Shown here piece by piece: positions 1-8,764 of a DNA stretch of 64,000 bases (positions are counted from its first letter, which is position 1; each line of letters begins with the position of its first letter). The DNA is from a virus (taxonomy: Duplodnaviria; Caudoviricetes). The stretch is from the IMG/VR virus record IMGVR_UViG_3300026442_000101; one strand, given 5' to 3'. A program made the translations under genes and the position numbers. The notes under the pieces are model-generated. The model did not search any database, was not told the origin of the DNA, and saw only the letters and a program-made list of their open reading frames with translations.

Positions 1-471
1 AAGTTTGAAGAGCTGATCAGAGAAGCGGTCAAGGCCTACGACGACATCCCGGTGCCGATGGCCAAGATGACTCCCGTCAAGGTGATCGGCAGTGTCGAGG
101 TCTACTTCGACAAGAACGACCGCTGGATGTTTGGCGGTAACGTTGAGGGTAAGGAAACTGAGGTCAAGTCCCCTGCCCGCATTCCGGCACTCGATCGCAA
201 CGGCTTTATCGCTGCGGTTAAGATCATCCGCGAGTGCTTGAAGATGCGCGAAAGCAGTGACTTCTATCAGTCATGGCTGGACTTCGAAGATGGTAGTGAT
301 TTCTCGAATGTAATCCATGAGTACGACGAAATGCTGTACATGGATTACTACGATCAATACTACCACCAGACCGTAGGGCAAGCCATCGTCGAAGGGTTCC
401 CTGATTCTTCCTCTGTTGGTGGTGATGTCATCATTGCGTTGATGGCCTGGATGGAACGCAGTATCAAGTAA
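1..471 (+). CDS. hypothetical protein, 5'-truncated by window edge (probably part of virion gene operon)
   Basis: Frame is open from base 1 to the stop at 471; followed by hairpin 475-495. Confidence 0.75.
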   Translation, partial: KFEELIREAVKAYDDIPVPMAKMTPVKVIGSVEVYFDKNDRWMFGGNVEGKETEVKSPARIPALDRNGFIAAVKIIRECLKMRESSDFYQSWLDFEDGSDFSNVIHEYDEMLYMDYYDQYYHQTVGQAIVEGFPDSSSVGGDVIIALMAWMERSIK

Positions 472-520
472 TATAGGGGCGGACTACGGTCCGCCAACCT
501 TAACAACAGCGAGTATCAAC

Positions 521-1600
521 ATGCAAACTCTCCTGAGCGATATCCTGAATACCTACGGCGTCGAGTCGGGTCTGATCACTCCAGAACCCGCCGTTGTCGA
601 GATCCCGCCTGATGACAACGACACCATCGACGGCGACCTGTCTCAGCTGATCGAGCACAGCGCTAACGAGATCGATCGCGGCGTGGCGCTGGTGCAGTCG
701 CTCGACTCGATGTCCGAGCGAGTGGAAGCTGGCGACATCACCGAAGCTGCGATGGAAAGCTATCGCTTCAACTTGGAATGTTTGCTGCGCTCCAGCGGCC
801 TGGGTATCCCGGTTGACCTGATTGCCCCTTCGTTCGAAGCGGCGGAAGCCGACAAGAAGACCGTGGGTCAGAAAGTCAAAGGCGCCATCGACGCTGCCAT
901 CAAATGGATCCGCGAAAAGGTCAAGGCGCTGCTTGCCCTGTTCACTCGCGGTAGCGCCAAGACCAAAGCCAAGGCCGAAGAAGCGAAGAAGGCCGAGGAA
1001 GACGCAAAAGCGTACGCGAAGAAGTACTCCGACGATGGCATCAAGCGCCTGGCTTCTGACGGCTTCGCCGAGAAGTACAAATCGCAGGAAGGTTCGGGCG
1101 TCAAGGTCAAGTCGATGAAGCGCCTGCCGGGCTGGATGGTCAAAGGCGACCAGATCAACTGGGGTGAGCTGGACAAGATCATCGCCGTTTGCAATGGCAC
1201 TCAGGTCAAGAACCTGATGCAGGGCGAAGTGAAGGGCGGTACTCCTGATCACTTCCGGACCGAGATCGGCCACATCATGGCCTCGTTCCCAGCCAACGGC
1301 AATGGCGACGACAACAAGCAAGAGTACGAAGTGGATATTCCGAAAATCGCGGAGTACATCGGCAAGTTCACCGCGTGCATCGTCAGCATCCACGGCCAGT
1401 CCGAAGACCTGCAAGGTACCATCAAAGGGATGGAGAAACGCATCGCGCGCTTCGAGTCCCAAGGTCGCGAGATGAAGCCTGAGGAGAAGAAGCAAATCCT
1501 GGACGACATCCAGGTATTCAGCATGGCAGTTGCTGCCGCTGACCGCATCATCATGCGCCCAGCGTTGGTACTGAAATGGCTGAAGGGCATCCTCGCCTAA
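521..1600 (+). CDS. phiKZ-like inner head (ejection) protein paralog with acidic propeptide
   Basis: Acidic N-terminus, PSFE|A cleavage-type motif, then amphipathic KWIREKVKALL helix as in the paralogs at 57.7-64 kb. Confidence 0.75.
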   Translation: MQTLLSDILNTYGVESGLITPEPAVVEIPPDDNDTIDGDLSQLIEHSANEIDRGVALVQSLDSMSERVEAGDITEAAMESYRFNLECLLRSSGLGIPVDLIAPSFEAAEADKKTVGQKVKGAIDAAIKWIREKVKALLALFTRGSAKTKAKAEEAKKAEEDAKAYAKKYSDDGIKRLASDGFAEKYKSQEGSGVKVKSMKRLPGWMVKGDQINWGELDKIIAVCNGTQVKNLMQGEVKGGTPDHFRTEIGHIMASFPANGNGDDNKQEYEVDIPKIAEYIGKFTACIVSIHGQSEDLQGTIKGMEKRIARFESQGREMKPEEKKQILDDIQVFSMAVAAADRIIMRPALVLKWLKGILA

Positions 1601-1608
1601 AAAAAACA

Positions 1609-1642
1609 GCATAAGGCCCCGGCAAACGCCGGGGCTCTATGT
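1609..1642. terminator. bidirectional hairpin terminator between convergent genes
   Basis: GCCCCGG-CAAACG-CCGGGGC stem, CATA/TATG flanks, upstream A-run. Confidence 0.75.
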
Positions 1643-1644
1643 CG

Positions 1645-1935
1645 TCAATTCAGAAGTAACCAACTAGGCCGATCCTTCCGGAACTTACGTTCTTCTTTCT
1701 TCGCCTCACTCACATCTACGGCAGGGTAGAACCTCACCTTGATGTCCTCCCTCGGCCCATAGACGCGCTGCAACCTAGGACAGTTCATCTTGCCGTCTTC
1801 CAGATCACGCTTGATCTTGAGTAAGGCGGTTTGCATCTGAGTGGACGTACCGGTGTAGACCTTTCCGGTATCGACCATCTCGATAACGAAGAAGCCCGGC
1901 ACATCCATGTCTGTCTTTAGGTGCAGCTTTCTCAT
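1645..1935 (-). CDS. small GIY-YIG nuclease-like protein
   Basis: GFFVI...GKVYTG resembles the GIY-YIG hairpin motif. Confidence 0.55.
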   Translation of the reverse strand: MRKLHLKTDMDVPGFFVIEMVDTGKVYTGTSTQMQTALLKIKRDLEDGKMNCPRLQRVYGPREDIKVRFYPAVDVSEAKKEERKFRKDRPSWLLLN

Positions 1936-1945
1936 CTAATCCTCT

Positions 1946-2368
1946 CTATACAGCAAACTTCTCAGAGGTGGTCGAGAAGTTACGTTTGGCGAAGAGGCGA
2001 ACACCGGCGTAGAAGATCCATGCCCGCCATTTAGCGATACCCTCAGCCCGTAGAGCGCGATAGAAGATCTGATCACACTCCTTACGGGTTGGGTAATAGA
2101 ACCGACCAGGCTCCACCTCAATCCCGTACCCGCTATACAGCCAGTCGTGGATGGTGGCGCTCTTGTCCCCGTAACTCATGAGCAGAGCGTAGAACAAGAA
2201 CGTGAGGATGTTGTACAGGGCATCGATCGAAGCGTAGTCGGTAACGAAACCTTTCCTCGCAGTGATGAGACCCAGACCACTCTGGTCGTTGAAGCTGAAG
2301 TCATCGAGGAGCAGATTTTCCTGACGACTCAGTTGACGTGTGTCGAAGTTACTGAACAGCTTAGCCAT
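1946..2368 (-). CDS. DUF1353-family protein
   Basis: GFVTDYASI, HDWLY, RKECDQIF motifs. Confidence 0.75.
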   Translation of the reverse strand: MAKLFSNFDTRQLSRQENLLLDDFSFNDQSGLGLITARKGFVTDYASIDALYNILTFLFYALLMSYGDKSATIHDWLYSGYGIEVEPGRFYYPTRKECDQIFYRALRAEGIAKWRAWIFYAGVRLFAKRNFSTTSEKFAV

Positions 2369-2408
2369 GGTGATGATCCGTCAATGCCCTATAGTGGGCA
2401 TACGAATA

Positions 2409-2870
2409 TCACCGGAAGTCAGGATGTGGGGTGTTTTCCTTCTTCCGGTCCATGACCCAACAGAACCAAAGGAACCCGACGAGAACGGTACAGATCGCCG
2501 AAACTATAACGGCTACAAACCACCATGGGGTACTGGTGACGTTAGGGTCGAACTTATAGCGCACTACGTTGATGTCGTAAACGATCCCACGTTTACCTGA
2601 CTTGTACGTCTGATAGACACCGCCGCTTATCGGATGTTCGAAGCCCGCTTTGGTCTTCTTATCGACGAAGTAGCCCATCCAGTTTTCTTCTAGATGACTC
2701 TTGGAACCGCTCAAGTAGCTCCACGCTTGAGTCAGTTCCGCGGAGCGCACAACCCGTTCGGTCGGATAACTTGATTTACCGTCGGCGTAATTAGTCAGCC
2801 AGATGAACCCAACGAGCAGAATCGCATAAATGCAGTCCACCCAATACATCTTTTTATTCTTCCCAAGCAT
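2409..2870 (-). CDS. hypothetical membrane protein (2 TM)
   Basis: Two hydrophobic segments; GGAG SD. Confidence 0.75.
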   Translation of the reverse strand: MLGKNKKMYWVDCIYAILLVGFIWLTNYADGKSSYPTERVVRSAELTQAWSYLSGSKSHLEENWMGYFVDKKTKAGFEHPISGGVYQTYKSGKRGIVYDINVVRYKFDPNVTSTPWWFVAVIVSAICTVLVGFLWFCWVMDRKKENTPHPDFR

Positions 2871-2911
2871 GGTAGTCTCCTTGTAGTTATAGCACAGGGC
2901 GGTTTTGTAAC

Positions 2912-2940
2912 AAAAAAAAAGAGGGCGGTTTCCCGCCCCT
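2912..2940 (-). terminator. rho-independent terminator
   Basis: GAGGGCGG-TTTC-CCGCCCCT plus A9 (U-tail on minus strand). Confidence 0.75.
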
Positions 2941-2971
2941 AAAGGGGATGTCCAGTCTGACCTTTCGGTCG

Positions 2972-3226
2972 CTAAAGTACTTGGCCTTGACGGCCGAGTT
3001 CATTCACTACGAATTTGTAGATGTCACCCTGCATACCCAACAGCTCCTTACGGCGCATGTCGATGTAGTCGACTTGAACGTGCGGACTCGTGCCGAAACG
3101 TTTCAACGCATCGGCTTTATAGCTCAACTCCTGTGCCTCTTCGAGCAAGTTGTTGAAGAACTCGTCCGGGTCCTCGTCATCTACGTCACCTCGGTAGTGA
3201 CTTATCTTGAATAACTCTGCCATCAC
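2972..3226 (-). CDS. hypothetical protein
   Basis: Acidic 84-aa ORF in operon. Confidence 0.7.
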   Translation of the reverse strand: MMAELFKISHYRGDVDDEDPDEFFNNLLEEAQELSYKADALKRFGTSPHVQVDYIDMRRKELLGMQGDIYKFVVNELGRQGQVL

Positions 3227-3234
3227 ATTTTCCT

Positions 3235-3414
3235 TTATGCTGCCAAGGCGGCTTCGGCCTCATCGATCTTTGCAGACCAGTGGTTAGCTTCGTCAGAGTT
3301 AACGCCGTGGTTACGCATGGCGCGTTCGAACAGCTTCTCAGCCATCCGCTTTTCCCTCAGGAGGGAATCGGTGACTTCGTTGCTGCGGGTGTTACCAAAC
3401 AGGAAATTAAGCAT
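3235..3414 (-). CDS. hypothetical protein (start reassigned to MLNF)
   Basis: AGGAGG SD precedes ATG at 3414. Confidence 0.7.
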   Translation of the reverse strand: MLNFLFGNTRSNEVTDSLLREKRMAEKLFERAMRNHGVNSDEANHWSAKIDEAEAALAA

Positions 3415-3485
3415 CGCGATTACCTCCTTCGGTGTTATGCGATTGGTGTTCCTTGAGCCGTCATGTTGCACAACTCACGCTGAGT

Positions 3486-3494
3486 ATGTATGAC
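3486..3494 (-). promoter_or_regulatory. putative phage promoter motif (variant)
   Basis: GTCATACAT on minus strand after an AT-rich tract, at head of operon. Confidence 0.45.
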
Positions 3495-3516
3495 TGAAAT
3501 TCTTTTTAATGCGATT

Positions 3517-3810
3517 TCAGGCACGCTGCCGATGCTGGCAAGTATTGAGATGGACTAACTGTTTCTCGAGCAGTATATCGATGGAGTCAGAAATCTCGCG
3601 CATCTTACCCATGACCTCGCGGATACGATCGGTAATCTCGGTCGTATCTTCGTGGCGCATTTGCATTTCCTGACGTTCAGTCGACAACTGCCCGTATTTA
3701 GCATCCAGAGCCAAACGACGACTACGCAGGTCCGCTACGGCACGGCCGTAGTCTACGCTTTGTTGTACGAAGTCTTCGTCGTAGCTGACTACCTGGTTAA
3801 CATGTGACAT
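3517..3810 (-). CDS. hypothetical coiled-coil protein
   Basis: 97-aa helical ORF. Confidence 0.7.
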   Translation of the reverse strand: MSHVNQVVSYDEDFVQQSVDYGRAVADLRSRRLALDAKYGQLSTERQEMQMRHEDTTEITDRIREVMGKMREISDSIDILLEKQLVHLNTCQHRQRA

Positions 3811-4238
3811 AGATAAAGCTCACTCTCATCTGTAGTGGTTTGGTTAAGTGCGAATTCCAGATTGTGCTCAAAGTAGGCGTGTTCAGGAATCGCATCTGCG
3901 ATGCAGCTGTACTTAAAGCACAGCCTGTCCTCTAATCGGACGATCTTGATTTGCTCGCTGTCTCCAGCCTTGCGGAAGTAGTACCAGCGTCTGAAGCGTT
4001 GTGCAGCAGTGATGCACTTCGCGATAGCGAGAGCGTCAACATCCAGCAGCTTCATCAGAAGGACGCCTTCTGAAACGGTTGTTGGCTTTCCAGCGACTTG
4101 GGGCTCGAGCACTTTGTCGCTTACAGTCCAATGACCGCACCGCCAAATGAAACAATTATCTTCCTTGTCCGCATACTTCGGCAAAGGTCCTAGGCTCTCT
4201 GCAGCGGCGGCATTATGTGTTATCACATGGTAGAACAT
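3789..4238 (-). CDS. hypothetical protein
   Basis: ORF overlapping the downstream gene; start taken at MFYH. Confidence 0.7.
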   Translation of the reverse strand: MFYHVITHNAAAAESLGPLPKYADKEDNCFIWRCGHWTVSDKVLEPQVAGKPTTVSEGVLLMKLLDVDALAIAKCITAAQRFRRWYYFRKAGDSEQIKIVRLEDRLCFKYSCIADAIPEHAYFEHNLEFALNQTTTDESELYLCHMLTR

Positions 4239-4271
4239 AGGGCCACCTATTATCACGGTTCATCCTGTCGA

Positions 4272-4283
4272 TTATGTATGACC
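4272..4283 (-). promoter_or_regulatory. putative phage promoter motif (variant)
   Basis: GGTCATACATAA on minus strand upstream of 3789..4238. Confidence 0.45.
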
Positions 4284-4298
4284 GAATAAACTTTAACA

Positions 4299-4331
4299 GC
4301 ATATAGGCCGGGGATTACCCGGCCTATATGT
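4299..4331. terminator. hairpin terminator with CATA/TATG flanks
   Basis: CATATAGGCCGGG-GATTA-CCCGGCCTATATG. Confidence 0.7.
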
Positions 4332-4663
4332 CATTTGCAAACGCCTTCCTTACAGGTGAGGATGTTGACCTCATCTTTCTTGAGGGCGTTGTAGTTGCGC
4401 GTATTATCCAAGCGGATGTTGCACGCACCCACCAGACCGATCTGTTTGATGTACAGACCGCTCCAGAAGTCCACCTGCTCCTGGAGAGACATCTGACGGT
4501 ATTCATCAGGTTCTGCCGGAGAGAGTACCGGACAGTCTTTCAACCACCGATCGTCGATGACAGCGTACTTGGTGACGGTACGCTCTACGATGACCTCTTT
4601 GACCTTGGGAGCACAACCTGTGATCAAGATCGAGAAACACGCTACGGACAGAATCCTGAACAC
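4331..4663 (-). CDS. o-spanin-like lipoprotein (Rz1-like)
   Basis: Signal peptide with lipobox LITG|C; directly downstream of TM plus coiled-coil gene. Confidence 0.7.
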   Translation of the reverse strand: MFRILSVACFSILITGCAPKVKEVIVERTVTKYAVIDDRWLKDCPVLSPAEPDEYRQMSLQEQVDFWSGLYIKQIGLVGACNIRLDNTRNYNALKKDEVNILTCKEGVCK

Positions 4664-4666
4664 TTG

Positions 4667-5122
4667 CTACTTCTCCTTAGGCTCACACCGCGGGTCGGAT
4701 GGAGCTACCTTGCAGTAAGCCTGCCATGTGATTTCGATCTCTACCGGGATACCCCTGAAGGTATTCGGATTCGATCCGTTGGACTGATCAGCCAGTTTGC
4801 TTTCCAGTTTCTTCCGTTCAGCCACCGCTTTGGCTAGCTTGACGCCTAACTCATCAACCGAGCCCAGCAGATCAGTGGTTTGCTGATCGATTGCTTCCTC
4901 GGTCTTCCTGCGGTCCTCATCGTCCTTGACGCGTCTGATGAGTTCCTGGTTGACACTGGCGTTGATCTCGAGCAAGTTGGCGACCTTCGCCTTTTCCTCA
5001 GCCAACTCCGTGGTCATGTTGCGGTAGGTATCCACCGCATAGCCGATGCCGAAATAGGCACCGCCCAGTACCGCCGCAAGTAAGAGTAGCCAGACCCACT
5101 TGGGAATCAGTTCCAACTTCAT
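4667..5122 (-). CDS. i-spanin-like protein (Rz-like)
   Basis: N-terminal TM, long coiled coil, C-terminal Cys pair. Confidence 0.7.
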   Translation of the reverse strand: MKLELIPKWVWLLLLAAVLGGAYFGIGYAVDTYRNMTTELAEEKAKVANLLEINASVNQELIRRVKDDEDRRKTEEAIDQQTTDLLGSVDELGVKLAKAVAERKKLESKLADQSNGSNPNTFRGIPVEIEITWQAYCKVAPSDPRCEPKEK

Positions 5123-5131
5123 GACGTTACC

Positions 5132-5809
5132 TCACTGTTCGATGACGAGCTTACCGTACTGTTCGCATACCAGCCTGTGGCCTTGCGAATCCAGCAGAGG
5201 GTGGACAAACGTGTTGCCCCGCAGCTGGTAATCGAGAGCAGCCATTTCAGCGATCAGAGACGGTGGTACGTCCCATGGCGCTTTCATGGCTTTAATCTGC
5301 TCTTCAGTAGGTTCGAGGTGAACGTCGATGCGATGGTTCAGTTCCAGTGGTCCTGCCTTGTACAAGCGGCAGAGGATCATTGGCGGCTGTGGTTCGAACA
5401 TCTTGTCGCTGTCGATCCGAATACTAAACAGATAACCATCGATCTCACGAACGACCTCAGCCACCACCGCCAGTACGTGCTTCGACCGGAACTGTCGTGG
5501 CGCCTGGTTGAAGGTGACGTTGCCGATCCACGGCAGGTCGGAGTAATGGACGTCTTCAAGATCTGGGATATCCTCTAAGCTACCTGCTGCCGTCTTCTTC
5601 TCTTGCCTGACTACACGAATGCGGCGGCGCATCACGTCGGACTTATTGTCGGGCAGACCCCAGTAAGAAATCTCTGCAGACTTCTTCTTGCGCAGCACTT
5701 CGAACACACTGCTGTTCGCGATGGCGATTTCACGGTGACCGGCGGTTTCCTCTACGGGAATATAGATCACCTTGATCGCTGTTTTCTTTGCTGCCTGCAA
5801 CATATTCAT
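5132..5809 (-). CDS. hypothetical protein
   Basis: 225-aa ORF with GGAG SD. Confidence 0.75.
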   Translation of the reverse strand: MNMLQAAKKTAIKVIYIPVEETAGHREIAIANSSVFEVLRKKKSAEISYWGLPDNKSDVMRRRIRVVRQEKKTAAGSLEDIPDLEDVHYSDLPWIGNVTFNQAPRQFRSKHVLAVVAEVVREIDGYLFSIRIDSDKMFEPQPPMILCRLYKAGPLELNHRIDVHLEPTEEQIKAMKAPWDVPPSLIAEMAALDYQLRGNTFVHPLLDSQGHRLVCEQYGKLVIEQ

Positions 5810-5831
5810 GCCCCATACTCCTAAAGCAGCC

Positions 5832-6449
5832 TTAAGTCAGGCTGCTGTTGTAATGTTCCGCAATAGCGGTTGGTGAAAATTCTGTTCCCCACGCCTTGAA
5901 GATGACGAGCACTGTGTCGTCGGTGGCGGTCTCGATGGTCACGATCCTACACTCAAGCTTGAAGGCGATTTCTTGCAGCAGTTGCAACAGACCCGCGGAG
6001 GGTCCGCCGAACAGACTATTAGTGTTCGGAATCGGAGCTACTGGAAAGAACATGGCGACATGTGGATCGCCATAGAACTCGTAGCCGTCGACATGCGTGA
6101 CTTCGATCGTACGAACGCTGAGTCCGCCTTGGAAGTCCATCGAGTTGTTGCTGACCTTCCACTCTAGATTCGGCTTGTTGAGCAAGTCCCGGATCATCGT
6201 GTAGACAGGCTCTGACAGATGGTTGAAAGTACCCTTACTCCAGCCGTAAGCCAGGAACTGAGGAGAGGTTTCTTGCTCCTCCCCATCGATACCTATCCGT
6301 GCCATAATCAGCGGGCGCTGTACCCGCTTGATTGCAGGTTCAGGTTCTGGTTCCGGAGGTACGGTTGGGAGAAACGTCACAGTGGCTCGGAACAATGGAC
6401 GGTTAAGGAGCCTGGTCGCGGTAGCCCAGATGTCTTTCAATGCTTTCAT
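5832..6449 (-). CDS. hypothetical protein
   Basis: 205-aa ORF, PEPEPE linker. Confidence 0.75.
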   Translation of the reverse strand: MKALKDIWATATRLLNRPLFRATVTFLPTVPPEPEPEPAIKRVQRPLIMARIGIDGEEQETSPQFLAYGWSKGTFNHLSEPVYTMIRDLLNKPNLEWKVSNNSMDFQGGLSVRTIEVTHVDGYEFYGDPHVAMFFPVAPIPNTNSLFGGPSAGLLQLLQEIAFKLECRIVTIETATDDTVLVIFKAWGTEFSPTAIAEHYNSSLT

Positions 6450-6475
6450 AGCGATGTGCCACCTTACAGTAGAGA

Positions 6476-6685
6476 TCAGTCGAAGCCGTCGAACGCATCG
6501 CCCAGACCATCCATCGCTTCGCCAACGCCGCCCGGTGCGTAAGCGATGACGGCGATGATGATATCAATCACGATCATGATGGTAATCGCGATCCACGACC
6601 ATTCGCGGATGTGGTGCGTGCCGAGGATGAACCCTTCGACCAGGAAGACGATTGCCCAGGCGAACAATACGCTTAACAGTTTCAT
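6476..6685 (-). CDS. small membrane protein
   Basis: Two TM segments, acidic tail; overlaps upstream gene stop. Confidence 0.7.
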   Translation of the reverse strand: MKLLSVLFAWAIVFLVEGFILGTHHIREWSWIAITIMIVIDIIIAVIAYAPGGVGEAMDGLGDAFDGFD

Positions 6686-6972
6686 TTGTGCTCCTTACGG
6701 ATAGGCACTACCTTTCCAGGCGCTGGCGACACTGACTTGAGGTGTTTGTTCTCACGCTTCAGGCGCTGAAACTCGTTGTAATCGTCGATCGACTGTTGGC
6801 GACGATGGTCGAAGAAGACGAACGCCAAGCCAATCACCCAGAGTAGGGCGAGCGTCATCTTCCCGAACCCATCCCACTGACTGATGTCGGGAGTGGCTGC
6901 GACAAACATGCCGATCACGTAGGTGATCGCAGTGACCGATAAAGCGTAGATGAAATGTTTCATAGCTAACAC
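6682..6972 (-). CDS. small membrane protein
   Basis: Two TM segments. Confidence 0.7.
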   Translation of the reverse strand: MLAMKHFIYALSVTAITYVIGMFVAATPDISQWDGFGKMTLALLWVIGLAFVFFDHRRQQSIDDYNEFQRLKRENKHLKSVSPAPGKVVPIRKEHK

Positions 6973-7283
6973 GCCAAGGCTTGTTGGTTTAATTGTGCCA
7001 TCGCAGCGACATAGCGCTGCGATTGGTCGAGGGTCATGGCCACCGTATCCAGATTGATCGTAACCATAAACTCTCGAGTTATAGGCGAATACTCGACTAA
7101 GACCTTGCGCATACCGCAGTAACGCTTGACGGCATTGCGCAGTTGGTCAGTGACGCGTTTGAAGCACAGAGAATCAGCACCCAGCCTGAACTTGCGTTCT
7201 ACCTGACCTGTCTTACTGCACAGGTTGATCGATACGTCAATGCAAGCGTTGATTTCACTGTCGAGTCGTTCAGTGTGGGACAT
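6966..7283 (-). CDS. hypothetical protein
   Basis: 105-aa ORF in operon. Confidence 0.7.
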   Translation of the reverse strand: MSHTERLDSEINACIDVSINLCSKTGQVERKFRLGADSLCFKRVTDQLRNAVKRYCGMRKVLVEYSPITREFMVTINLDTVAMTLDQSQRYVAAMAQLNQQALAC

Positions 7284-7292
7284 TCCTTTACC

Positions 7293-7463
7293 TCACAGAG
7301 AGGTCTCGTAAATCTGCCATTCACCGACAGTCATCTTGAAGATGGCTAGGCGCGGGATATCCGAGACGGGTAAGTTGACGAGTTTGGCGAGGGCTTCTTC
7401 GCCCTCTACCTTAGACCACTGGTTAGTGGTCTTGTTGTAGACCTTGAACTTACGTGGACGCAT
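7293..7463 (-). CDS. hypothetical protein, 56 aa (not in ORF track)
   Basis: MRPRKFKVYNKTTNQWSKVEG...; fills the gap exactly, abuts dcd stop. Confidence 0.6.
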   Translation of the reverse strand: MRPRKFKVYNKTTNQWSKVEGEEALAKLVNLPVSDIPRLAIFKMTVGEWQIYETSL

Positions 7464-7464
7464 G

Positions 7465-8208
7465 TCAAGTCCTTGCGAGTGTGGTTCCGCGCTGCCCTTG
7501 GTATTTACCGCCTTTGTCTTTGTAGCTGATTCTGCAGACTTCAGAGACAGTGTGGAACAGCAGCTGAGCGATACCGCAGCCGAGGTACACGCGGGTTGGG
7601 CTGTTGGTCATCGAAGCGATCTCGAGAACCAGCTCGCCTTCCCATTCCGGCTCCAGCGGGGTAACTAGCTGAGACAGGCCAACGCGGGCATAGGTGGACT
7701 TGCCAAGGCAGGTCACCAGCAGGTCACGCGGAATAACGAAGTATTCGACGGTGTGGGCCAGCGCCAGACTGTTAGGCGGCAGGATGAAGTAGTGCAGACC
7801 GAACTCTTCATCGAAGTGGATCACCGGGTCCATGAGCTGGTCGCCATACGGCCGCATCGGATCGACGATCTCACCGGTGAGGTTGGTGAACAGCTTGATA
7901 CCGTCGGCCTTGATGCGAATGTCGTAGCCGTAGGAGCTGGTGCCCCAGCTGATGATCTTGGTACCCTTCTCGTTGAAGCGGTTAGCCTCTGGAGAGAACG
8001 GCCAGATCATGGGCCGCCAACCGAAGCGGGAGCAGTCCTCGTCATCCTTTGGAGTCTCCAACCCCATCCAGCGACGCTTCTCCATATTCGCCACGATCTC
8101 TGGCGTATGGGTGACGCCCGGAATGATCGGTTCCCAGAAACCATCGCGACGCATGAAGTGGTTAGGGCGCATGCAACGCGCCTGAATTTGACGATCGGAC
8201 AGCAGCAT
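7465..8208 (-). CDS. dcd: dCTP deaminase
   Basis: ISWGTSSYGYDIR, GKSTYARVG, TPLEPEWEGELVLE, YQGQ motifs; ~50-aa N-terminal insertion. Confidence 0.95.
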   Translation of the reverse strand: MLLSDRQIQARCMRPNHFMRRDGFWEPIIPGVTHTPEIVANMEKRRWMGLETPKDDEDCSRFGWRPMIWPFSPEANRFNEKGTKIISWGTSSYGYDIRIKADGIKLFTNLTGEIVDPMRPYGDQLMDPVIHFDEEFGLHYFILPPNSLALAHTVEYFVIPRDLLVTCLGKSTYARVGLSQLVTPLEPEWEGELVLEIASMTNSPTRVYLGCGIAQLLFHTVSEVCRISYKDKGGKYQGQRGTTLART

Positions 8209-8217
8209 CGGTTATCC

Positions 8218-8700
8218 TTAAGGTTTTCTATGCCGTTTATTGGGATTGATCTTCGCAAACATGTTTGCGATATGCTCGTTCCAATGACGGACGTGTCTGA
8301 ATATTTTGACCAGCTCTTTCGCATCGGTCATTGTGATTACGTGCTTGGTAGCAATGTTCTTGAGCTTGAAATAAGCCTCAGTGGACATAACAACCTGATT
8401 AGGATTGTAGTTCCGGTTACGGCGGCGATAGGATACAACGATACCATCACAACCAATGTGGCGAACTAGCGCTGCCAGATTGGGGACGCTATCGACAGCC
8501 TCGTTTAACCGCCTGGCGACTTTGACAGGGTAGTCACCGTCCAGCACTTCCAGCGTGCCGCAGACGTGCATCATGGCAGCCATGAAATGCTGGTCTTCCA
8601 TCTTCTCCATCTGTTCGCCGGACGGATGCTTAACCAGTCGGGTGATTTTCAGGCCGATGGACTTATGATACAGTTCGATCTGAACGTCGTAAGTTTCCAT
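8218..8700 (-). CDS. hypothetical protein (start reassigned to METY)
   Basis: Upstream in-frame part crosses a terminator. Confidence 0.7.
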   Translation of the reverse strand: METYDVQIELYHKSIGLKITRLVKHPSGEQMEKMEDQHFMAAMMHVCGTLEVLDGDYPVKVARRLNEAVDSVPNLAALVRHIGCDGIVVSYRRRNRNYNPNQVVMSTEAYFKLKNIATKHVITMTDAKELVKIFRHVRHWNEHIANMFAKINPNKRHRKP

Positions 8701-8730
8701 ACTTTCATTGCTCTTGGTATTTAAGTACAC

Positions 8731-8758
8731 AAAAAAGAAAGGGTCGGTTTCCCGACCC
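8731..8758 (-). terminator. rho-independent terminator
   Basis: GGGTCGG-TTTC-CCGACCC plus A-run. Confidence 0.7.
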
Positions 8759-8764
8759 AATCGT

